Source: Hydrolagus affinis
Taxonomy: Eukaryota
Reading direction: 5' to 3'
NCBI GenBank assembly: GCA_012026655.1
Contig: JAAILG010001621.1
Span: forward strand, 1 to 64,000
DNA: 64,000 nt
Part shown: in pieces, positions 26,117 to 36,235 of the stretch
Position numbering within the stretch: the stretch's first letter is position 1
Layout of the letters: the number at the start of each line of letters is the position of its first letter
Position numbers and translations under genes: made by a program
The notes under the pieces: model-generated
The model's input: only the letters and a program-made list of their open reading frames with translations
Databases searched by the model: none
What the model was told of the DNA's origin: nothing

Positions 26117-26416
26117 CTATAGAGAGTACAGCACAGTCAATGAACTAAATTAAACCACGAATGTTGGGATGGGAATTTATTCTTGTGATCCTTCTACAAT
26201 CTGACTTGCTGACTGTACACATCCCACCACAGGGAGGCGAAGAGAAGAGCCAGGTATTGCATTTCAGCCAAAGAGAGTTATTCCAGACTGATTGGTCTTA
26301 AGAGTATCATTAATACAAGCTGGTAGGCAAGTAGTCTCTCAGCTCCCTTGGCTATGATGTTTGGTGCAGCCAAACATGGAATCAGGTCTCTGTACTGTAG
26401 ATATACTAACATTGTT

Positions 26417-26643
26417 ACAGAAACAGAAATCGTTGAGAACACTCAGCAGGTCAGGCACCATCTATGGAAAATGCAAAAGTGAGTGAATGTTTCGGGTCCA
26501 TGACCCTTCGCCAGTTCTGGCCAAAGGTCATGCACCCGAAACGTTGACTCACTTTCCTTTCTCCATAGAGAGGCTAATGAGTGTTCCCAGCTAGTTCTGT
26601 TTTTTATTTCAGACTTCCTGCATCTGCAGTATTTTTGTGTTTT
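26417..26643. mobile_element. Palindromic Penelope-derived element: two inverted terminal-repeat halves, each with a decayed hammerhead core
   Basis: The left arm matches the Penelope terminus at 46005-46105. The symmetry centre is CCAG-TT-CTGG at ~26515 and the right arm is the reverse complement of the left. Confidence 0.85.
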
Positions 26644-26879
26644 GTTTATCCTAACATTGTTTTTGGTCCAGCTAATAACAGATGCCACAATAAATGTCTT
26701 AAGTTTCCTCACCTCCTATTCTTTCCTGGGCTACTGAAGGCAGCATTTTGCAAATGCTTCTTTACGTCAGCTTGGCTCAGTTGGTAGCAATTTTTGATGG
26801 ATTTCTCTCCTATATCATGTCCTAGTTGGACTCAAGCTCAAAGTTCATGCAAACAATGGTCCAATACTGGGTGATGTAT

Positions 26880-27112
26880 AACAACAATAATCCTTGCATT
26901 TAATATACAATAAGAAGCATTTAAAGTGTCCTTAACATGGATCAGAGCGCTTACACGAGGCAGAGTCTGACAACAAGACGAGGGAGGGGGAGGTGACCGT
27001 AAGCACAAGGGATATAGCACCTTTAGGCGGGATATAGCACCTTATCACATTGTCGAGATGTCTCAAATAGCTTCACAGAATATACTGTAAATGAATTGAC
27101 TGTATATTTTGT
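26880..27112 (-). mobile_element. Fragmented SINE 3' half with intervening sequence and a short duplication (GGGATATAGCACCTT x2)
   Basis: AATAATCCTTGCATTT at 26887. GATATAGCACCTTATCAC...GCTTCACAGAATATACTGTAAATGAATTGACTG at 27031-27103. Confidence 0.65.
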
Positions 27113-28944
27113 CAATTTGAGGAAGAAGAAACAAAAAAAACATGATTTCCTTTCAAGTTAGAAAATAGTTCAAGAATAGACAGGGACAAATAGAATGGAT
27201 AAAACATCCAGCATACATTCTAAATAGTGAAAAAGACAGAGGGAATATGAATGAGTTTTTTTTTATTTAACACTGTATTTTTGGTATTTATTTTACTGGA
27301 TTACAGTGAATATAGTTATTGAGTTATTGCGTGATATTTGAGTACCTTTATTACTGCAATATCAGATTCATAGAGCATCTGCTGAAAATGCACAAAATGA
27401 GTCAGCCTGCAGAGAGGTAGGTATCTGGGGTCTGAAGTGTGAATAATGAGTATTTCTGATTACTTTTTAAACTCCTGCACCCCATTTTAATACCGATTGC
27501 AGTCATGCACCAGATGGTTTCTTTTGAGCCAGAATACTGCTTTATATCAACACGTGCCGCCTCTCTAAAAATTAATGTATAATATGACCACAATTACCCT
27601 CAAGCACTCAAGCAGCCATTTCAACAACAGGGAGAAACAATTACACGCAACGCAAACCAGTTACCTTTCTCCTTTATTAATATACTTGCCGATGTTTTGC
27701 ACAAACACGTGCACACACATACGTGGACCATATGCGATTTGGTGGCGTAATGCCAGCAAAAGCTGATTCAAAACCATTACTTGCATGGTGAAGGAAATAA
27801 TGATGTAACAGACATTCACACTGCTACTCCCAATAATATGCTCTCTCCCTCCCCAGTGCCCAACACTGCATTGTTGATTTGTAAAAAAAATCAGGGCAAT
27901 TACACAATTGTATCAGTAACCAGTGCAAACCAGTCAACCCCTAAAATTCTTAGAAAACGTCAAACACAGGGTTGCAATATTTTGCTGTGCAGGATTAGTA
28001 ACCAAAGCCTATCATTGGATTTTCATTCTAATCCAAAAAGTCTGAAGCAGTATGAATATTCATCTCCCCCGGGAACCGCTGCAGTGAGTGAAGTGAGGAG
28101 CAGTGCAGTGTGTCTCGATGCTAAATCTCTGACCGAGACCCTTGCAGAATGGGATTCAGACGTTTAAGGATATCTGCAAGCGTCTTAAGTGAAAAGGGAT
28201 TAAAATAAATAGAACCGCGATTTTTAATGTATTTTTTATTTGCACACATTCTATTTCACTGCCTAGCAAGCATAAATCCAAGATGGAAATGGTATCAGAC
28301 TGCAAATATTCAATTTGCCAGAAGCTTGAGTAAAGCTAGTAGGGGAATCCCGAGCTCAGTAACTATTCAACTACCCCTGGAGAAAAAAACATTCTCCTTC
28401 TGACTCACACTTAGAACTTTCACCCTCAAATACAAATGTATTTGAACAGTGGGTGGACAAAAACAGACCATCACAAAGCCATCTTAAAACCACAAACAAA
28501 ATAGTCAATGACAACAATAACACCGTCACTACCTAACATGGTGCTACTTCAGATTCTGTTAAGCATTGTTGCACAGAGAACAAAAAGACCCAGTTTTCTG
28601 TTTTATTTTGTAACCTTACAAAACCGTTCATGCTAAAAACAAATTCTGGCAGAGCAGCACTTGGAAAAAATGGCTATATATTACATACATAGAGAAAGAA
28701 TCCAAACTGGCAGATATATGATCCCAAAACAGACATATGAGATCCCATTAAACATGTAAATTATTAGCGTTCATTTCTTTCTGTGCATTTAAAACAAGAT
28801 GGGAAATCACCTCATTATGAGTAATCCTGGCTTCAGCTAACATCATGAAAAAGTTCCCCTGTGGAATGACTGCCTTTCTTACCATGCAGAATGCATTTGC
28901 TGCTCCACTCAATGGATCTCATTCGCTGGGATTTCATTCTTAAG

Positions 28945-29126
28945 AATTACTCAACACACTTGAAGATGTCCCCAGTTTCCTGGAGGGCAGCATCAAGACA
29001 GAAAATGAGGAGAATTCTGACAGGCAACAAACTTCAGTGGCCAGAGAGCTGTGGTCAACTAACAAAGTACACAATGTACAGTTGAAAATAGCTGATTCTA
29101 CAAAAGGAATTCTGTTTTCCTTTAAG
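28945..29126 (+). CDS. Candidate internal coding exon, product unknown (LLNTLEDVPSFLEGSIKTENEENSDRQQTSVARELWSTNKVHNVQLKIADSTKGILFSFK)
   Basis: Acceptor TTTCATTCTTAAG, donor AAG|GTATGT, 182 nt with 60 open codons and a protein-like composition. No homology recognised. Confidence 0.22.
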
Positions 29127-29184
29127 GTATGTAATTAAACCAAGTTCCCTTCCAGCTCCACCAATAATGATTGTAATTCCTTCC

Positions 29185-29372
29185 AATAATAATAATAAAT
29201 TGGTCACTCAATCCACGACTATTTGTGGGACACTTCTGTGCGCAACTGACTGCTGTATTTCGCCAAGAAAATATACAGTCAAGTTATTTTACAGTAGATT
29301 CTGTGAAGAGCTCTGAGACATCTCAAAGATATAAGATTCTATATCAAACGCAAGGATTATAATTCTTATTAA
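29185..29372 (+). mobile_element. SINE 3' two-thirds
   Basis: AATTGGTCACTCAATCCACGACTATTTGTGGGACAC...ATATCAAACGCAAGGATTAT. Confidence 0.85.
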
Positions 29373-29771
29373 ATTTCCTAATTGGAGAACATTTATCTTC
29401 AGATTTTTATTTGATTCCACCTGTGTAACCTCAGATCAAAAATATGATATAGCCAGTGTGATACAAGGACACATTTTCAGTAATAAGGAACATGTTACTG
29501 CTTTGCCTTGTTGAGAGAAATTTACTGCTCAGCTTGGAACTTCCTGAATTTCTACTTAAACTGTGCAACCGTCCACTTTAAATCTCCCCACTTTAAGTAG
29601 AGTTATTACTGGCTTGTAAATTTTCACTAGGCTCCTTCTACCTCTTCTTCCTGAAGCCTTCAACATTGTGTGTGTCGTTTCCCCCACCACCACTATTTAC
29701 GTTGGTGCTTCTGAAGCATTGTAGTTGTGACACACCTCCTCCAGACATGAAAAGATCACAATGCAAACATT

Positions 29772-29820
29772 TACACACACACGCACAGAGGCACACACAC
29801 GCACACACTGACACACAAAA
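29772..29820 (+). repeat. Degenerate (CA)n microsatellite
   Basis: ACACACACACGCACAGAGGCACACACACGCACACAC. Confidence 0.8.
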
Positions 29821-31014
29821 AGAAAAACACAGCTTTTGTATTATTGTAAGGTAGATGCTAAAACAACCTTGACTTAGATAAATGCCTCGAACAGCTGTGT
29901 CACACAAGGTTCCTGAATTCCAGCATTCCACAGCAGAAACCAAAAGGATTTATTAACAAATCCCTCACCTTATTCTTCCTTCCACTTCAAACGTGCTGCA
30001 GTCCTGACAGCCCCAGCCTATTGCTTGCAAATCTTCCTGCCGCACAGCTTTTCACTTCTGGTACATTCATTAAAATCCAGTTATGCACCGGGGAGGAACT
30101 ACAGAAAAAGCTGATCAGAGATTCCTATCGTTTTCTTTCATTAAAACACAGAGGAAGGTTGGGGAGACCTCGAAGAGTTTTCCAGTGAGTCAGAGCTAGG
30201 TTGACTGCAGGCAACACCTGCCAAGATGTTACTGGGGGTGCACAATATATTGTGTGAAGGAAGCATACAGAGGCTGTCTCTCGTCTGTAGATGACATCAC
30301 CTCATTACTATCCCACTGACAACACTATCCCACTGACTATCCCTTTGACAGATTTTGTGGCTTTGCACAGAAAACAGCGACGGGTGATTTGTTTTCAATA
30401 CAGTGTATTTTTTTTCTAAAGTGGCAATTCAGGACTATTAAAAACAAGGTTAGCTTGAAACAAGGCAACACTGAAAGGTTTGTACAAATAGTTTTCTTTG
30501 GATTAAAATAATTACATCCAGAGTAAATCAGTCTCTTCAGATTGAATGCAGGAAAAGGATAACTGAGGAATCACCATAGTCGAAACCAGCAATTCTATTG
30601 CTGCACCAACTAACTGCTGACATGGCTCACCCAAACTATAATTTACAATTGTTTATCCTTTACAGATTTCTACAATTTGTTCCAAAACGCACAAAGATCC
30701 TTTGAAGTTCTATACAATCCCGGAGCAGGGTGTATCCCAGCAACTTTAGTGAGGAGAGTTTTGTTTACCCGTGTAAATGCCATTTGACTTGATTACAATT
30801 GATCGTAAGCAACACCTTATAAAAAGTGTGACTTTAACCGAAATAGGGACGGAATCTGTCAGTTAGAAATAGTTTCAGAAATGAGCACTAAAATTTTCAT
30901 GAGTAAACACTCAGTCTGTACTCCTGATGCTCTTGTTAAGATGGTCAATGGCACAATCTTTAATGGTTGAGTGGTGAGTTGAGCTGATTATACTTGAATG
31001 TTGAGTTTAGCATG

Positions 31015-31887
31015 CATCTATTTTTCACACAAAGGATAGTGGAAATCTGGAAGTCTCTCTCCCAAAAGGCTTTGCGATGCTGGATGAATTCAAATTTTCA
31101 AGACAGAGATAGATAGATTTGTTTCATTAACAACAACTTGGATTTATATAGCGCCCTCCATGGCAGGCGGCATCTCAGAGCACTTCACAATAACGGATCC
31201 TGGGGCCGAGCCAGGGAGAGGAAGAAAATGGTGACTAAAAGCGCAGTCGAAAAGTAAAGTCTTCAGGCGCAACCTGAAAATAGGAAAGGAGGGGGCAAAG
31301 CAAAGGAAGTGAGGAAGGGAGTTCCAGAGCCTCGGGGCGTAGTGGCTGAAGGCACGGCCACCGATGGTGGAACTGAGGATTCGGGGGACAAGGAAGAGAC
31401 CAGACCCGGTAGAGCGAAGGCAATGGGTACTGTTGTGAGGAAAGAGGAGGTCAGAGAGGCAAAGATGGCAGAATTTTGAATAACCTGGATATTATGAATG
31501 GTGGCGGAGGGGAGACCAGTGAGGAGGGCATTGGAATAGTCAAGCCGAGAGGTGACAAAGGTATGGACCAGGGTTTCTGCAGCTTTTGGGGTGAGATATT
31601 GGCGGAGACAGGCAATGTCTCGGAGATGGAAGAAAGCGGTGCTGGTTAAGGACTGGATGTGGGGGAGGAAAGATAATTGGGGGTAATCATTTTATTAACA
31701 ACAACAACTTTGATTTATATAGCGCCCTCCACGCCGGACGGCGTCTTATTTATGAAGTAAGTGTATCAAGCGACATGAGGCAAAGGTGGGTAATTGGAGA
31801 TGAGGTACAGATCAACCATGATCCAATAGAATGGCAGAACAGGCTTGAGAGGCTAAATGGCCTGCTCCTGTTCCTACATTCCTATCT
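31015..31887 (+). mobile_element. CR1 3' end (31015-31124 and 31746-31887) split by a nested L2 insertion
   Basis: Left part TTTTCACACAAAGGATAGTGGAAATCTGG...AGATAGATTT. Right part AAGTGTATCAAG...GAATGGCAGAACAGGCTTGAGAGGCTAAATGGCCTGCTCCTGTTCCTA. Confidence 0.8.
31125..31745 (-). mobile_element. L2 3' portion including ORF2 C-terminal coding remnant, plus a second ~50-bp L2 tail
   Basis: Minus strand reads TAFFHLRDIACLRQYLTPKAAETLVHTFVTSRLDYSNALLTGLP (L2 clade). Tails ATTAACAACAAC..GATTTATATAGCGCCCTCCA occur at ~31126 and ~31694. Confidence 0.9.
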
Positions 31888-32689
31888 TCCAAAATTTCCC
31901 CTCCCACCACTACCAGCTTCTGTTGGGAGCGAGGAAATGGCACTGACACCCAGATAAAGATGATCTGTTACTGATTCCAACAACTTGATCTCAATGTCCT
32001 TTACCTTTTGGAAGGCAGAGAAATAGTCCAAACAAGAGCTAATCTGATCCCCACTGTGATTAACATAAGGAAAGATTGTGACTATGTCAGGACCTCACCT
32101 TGCTGCAAGATACATTTGTCCCTTTTTCCTTTGAATCTAAATAAAGTAGAAAGCAACAAAAACAAAATGAAATTCATGTTTGAGCCTGCTAAATACCAGC
32201 AACATTATAGAAAAGTGTTCAACATGGAATACTTGTCTAACAGTTATATGAGTCAGCTCAGTAGCATGTGAGGGAAGGGAAAGAGTCAACTGACATCAGA
32301 TGGAAAAAAAGATGGACCTGCTAGGTTTTTCCAAGCTTGTTTACCTTCTATTTGTAGTGCAAATCTGTTTAAGATGTGATAAGGTGCGATATCAAATGCA
32401 AGGATTATTATTATTAGTATAATCATATCTTGCCATAACAATAAAACCAAGGCTGGATCTTGAATAAAAAAGATCATTCAGTGCATCAAGCTTTTTCGTC
32501 TACATTCTATTTAAACCCTGTCCATCATAGGTTTCATCCACCTAATTAATCTCCCAACACCAATAGATCCAGCAAAACAATTGAATACTAACTGGTCCCC
32601 TATACTGCATGGGTCAGGACGGGAAACTAATAAGGCCTCGGTTACGAGGATTCTTTGAAATTTAATGTCACAATGTTCCATGGCAGTAT

Positions 32690-33075
32690 TTCATTTAAAG
32701 TATTTATTTAAAGCCCTCCACAATCTCGCCCCACCCTACATCTGTAACCTCCTATCCCCTTACCAACCTGCCCGCCTCCTCCATTCAGCAGGCTCTGGCC
32801 TGCTCCATGTCCCTTGACCCACCCGTCCAATCATTGGCGGGCGAGCCTTCAGCCACTCTGCCCCCAACCTCTGGAACTCCATCCCAAAGTCCCTCCGCCT
32901 CGCCCCCTCCCTAGCCTCCTTCAAGTCTCGCCTCAAGACTCTCCTCTTCGATGGACCCATCAGCAACTCCTTCCCCCACCCCCACCACCCCCACCGTCCC
33001 CAGCTCGGGTCTGAATTAATAACTGTCCAGCACCATGGGACATCCTCCTGACATGGAAGTTTGTTGTTGTTCATT
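32690..33075 (+). mobile_element. L2 3' end
   Basis: KALHNLAPPYICNLLSPYQPARLL...GGRAFSHSAPNLWNSIPKSLRLAPSLASFKSRLKTLLF, ending in TTGTTGTTG. Confidence 0.9.
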
Positions 33076-33899
33076 GATTATTTGGCTGATATGGGTTGTT
33101 TGCTGCTGATTTCCCAGGTAAACTTTTCTTATTTTATTTTTTATCTTGTGCTGGAGGATTTGGGTCCATGGTATTCATTGTATCAACCTGAGATGACCTG
33201 AATGGAATCCAAACCTACTGAACCTACCTAAGTCCAAGACCGATAGACTGAGCTATTCGGGAGGTCTGGTCAGTGGCTCATGTGCTATAAATCACTAACC
33301 ATAATAAGAAGCAGCCAAATATAGACCTGTGTCCAAATCTAATATTTTTTCTCCTGCATAAACAAACCACATTTTCATATGTATAAACATTTGATGGGAT
33401 TCATTTGGAAACTTTACCTTTTGCTGTTGCAGTTCCCGAAGAGATGGGGAACTCCCGCTGAAACTGTGTTTGCACCTCAGGACTGAACACTGCATTGTAT
33501 TCAAGAAGTTTATTAATCAAGGCCATGGTGACCTTTCTAGAATGTTGCAGACATCATAAAAATACCCTCCTGTGATTTCTGCCTTACACTCATACAATGG
33601 AATGTGGATCCCATTCTAGTGGCTCTGATCTTTTCCTAGACAGAATCTTGTAATATTATGTTTACTTTGTGTGCATGAAATTATATGGAAAAAAACCTGA
33701 ACACACTGAGGGAGCAATTTGCTAAGCAAAGTAGGGTCAGCCAGCTCTAATTAATCTCCCATTGAATGTGAACTCAACAGAAAAATGTTCTTTAATTCAG
33801 GATAATTGGCACGAGTGTTACAAAGCCAGAAATTAAATATTATTAATTGTGTTGAACGGAAACACTGCATCAATACTGGGGTGGAGTGGGGATGCTGGA

Positions 33900-34397
33900 G
33901 GTAATAGTTCATTCCCAATCGTATGATATGGCACATGTTAAGTATTCTCACCAGTATTGCAATGCTGCCTCTGGCTTCACCCTTCCAACACAGCTGGTTT
34001 TCACACTGTGACATTCTCACCTCTTCATACCCCAGTACATCAAGTTCAAGATCTTTGTTCTCAGCAATAAATCCTTCCACGGCTTCGCCGCACCGTACTT
34101 CCTTTCAACTATGTCAACCTGGCCACTTTCTTCACTCAGCAAACACCATGTCCCCCTGCAAGTGGACAATAAACCATTCTGCCCCCGTTCTCTGGAACTC
34201 CAACCCAGAGTCCCTCTGACTCTCTACCTCTATTTCCTCCTTCAAGATATATTCTCAAAGCATATCTCCTCTACTGTGCTTTCGATCATCTTTCTCCTCC
34301 CGCCTCCCTTGACTCCCACTTCCACTGTAAAAGTGTTTGGAGTGTACTCCTAACATGAAGGGTGCTACATCAATTTAAATTGTATTGTATTATTGTT
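33900..34397 (+). mobile_element. Older L2 3' end
   Basis: CTCTGGAACTCCAACCC...TCCTTCAAG...GTAAAAGTGTTTGGAG...GGTGCTACATCAATTTAAATTGTATTG. Confidence 0.7.
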
Positions 34398-35946
34398 AAA
34401 TACAAAAAAAAAGCACCATCGATATAATGAACACCAGCCTGAAAACACAGAAGACTACCTTAATTATGATAATTTATTATTCATATATGTTTGGTGTAAA
34501 GTAAATGGAAAAAATGAAGTAAAAACAACAAATAATGGAAACAAAGTACTATTCAATGAATTCCAATAAATCCTGCTGTTGAGCTTAGATTTTTGTGGCC
34601 AAAATGTTAGGGCTACTGCTCTGATGGTCCTCAGAATGAAATGGGAGTTAGGTCATTTTTGTTAAGTAAGTGTATCAAGATATTTTGCCACAGTGCACTG
34701 AATATGAACAACCAGTGTCCTGATGGTGGTGACTGAGTGAAGAGTGCGCCAATGCTTTGGACAAAAGAACAGGAGGAAAAACTAAGCAGGAAAAATAACT
34801 GGCTAGCCTTCTGGTCTGATGGAGATGGACGAATAGTCAGGAATGAGAGTGGAAAAATAGACATAATCCAAAGACTTTCCAACATTACAGAAGCTAGTGT
34901 AAATTTCTGAAGCCAAAAGCCAAAGTAGTTACAAAAAGAACTGTAGAGGAATTGATGTTAACACTCTCTGTGGTAATCTTTTCTCCGGTTACTTGAAGCT
35001 GATCCCGATCACAATTTTATAAATCTAGTTTATAAAGACTAAAGTGCTATAGATCCATGAAGGAAGCACCCATAAAGTCTATGAAATTAGACTACAGGTT
35101 AATGTGCTCAAACAACTTTGTTGTCCATTTCACCCAGGGCAGAACACAGGTACAAACACATTGGCTTAGCTTTAACAGAACCATGGTTGAGCATTACACA
35201 TTAAAATAAAAGTGTTTACCACTTATTTTGTATAAATGTCCAAATCCATTATTGCAATCGTCAAATGTACAGCTATGTTGACCGCCAGCAAATTGGGTGT
35301 ATTTACATCTCTGAGACATCGCTACTCCCTACTTTATCAAGGCTCTGTACAACATCAGCTGCCCAAGTGTGAAACGATTTTCAGCTCATGTAAGTCGCGT
35401 AACTTTCTTAGTTCAAGGAGCCAGTGTCAGATTCAACATTCGTCACATATCACCAATTATCCCTCATGCAAGTTTAAAGTCTTTACATTCCTGTCTCATT
35501 CACCTAATCAGAAAACACATCAGTGCTCATTGAAACAAGCAACACCTTCTGCAATTATCTTTGCCTGTTTCCCTTCTTGAAACTATGTGGTCACGAGTCC
35601 AATAAACTATGGCTGAATAAACATATGTGGGAGAGAGGGAGGAGGGGGATTCTCCTACTCAAAGACTAGACCAGTTGGAGTAAATACAATGTTTATAATA
35701 AATAGCCGCAGAATACACAGTGAATTGAAATTTGATTATACATTGAAGTGTGACATGAGGAACCACATTAAGTTGTTGTCATTGTGACCCAAACTGAGCT
35801 GAATGTTTAAACAAGGAATATCAATAGAAATCTTATGACTTCATAGCAATTAAAATCCAAGTTTCTAGTGGTGATGAGAAACATACAATACTTTTAAGTT
35901 TTTACATTTTCCTTTTCCACACTAGATGCAGCAGTGTATAGTTGAG

Positions 35947-36235
35947 AATAATAATCCTTACATTTGATATAGCACTTTTCATGTCTTCCAGACAGAATAT
36001 ACTGTAAAATGAATTGATTGTATACCTGTGGGCGAAATGCGACAGCCAAATGCGTACAGCGGTGTCCCACAAACAGTCGTGGATTGAAATAGCCAATTTA
36101 ATGTTGTTTTTTTCGAGGGATTATTATCAGGCGTGTGGAGTAAGGAAACTTGCCCAAGGTTTCGCCCTGCCTGGAATTGAACCCAGGTCTCTCGCTTGCA
36201 AGGCGGGTGCTCTAACCACTGAGTTGCAGGACTCC
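35947..36235 (-). mobile_element. Full-length tRNA-derived SINE (short variant)
   Basis: A and B boxes present, colinear with 18495-18785, many CpGs retained. Confidence 0.92.

Noticed and set aside
35917-35936. CTCF-like CACACTAGATGCAGCAG
   Set aside because: It lacks one G of the core (AGATGGCAG) and the leading CC, so it is a poor match.
36161-36235. tRNA-like cloverleaf (also at the heads ending 12713, 18785 and 61069 and starting 42422)
   Set aside because: Each is the head of a SINE continuing into body and tail. Anticodons vary between copies (TGC/TAC/CAC) and the stems have mismatches, so these are not tRNA genes.
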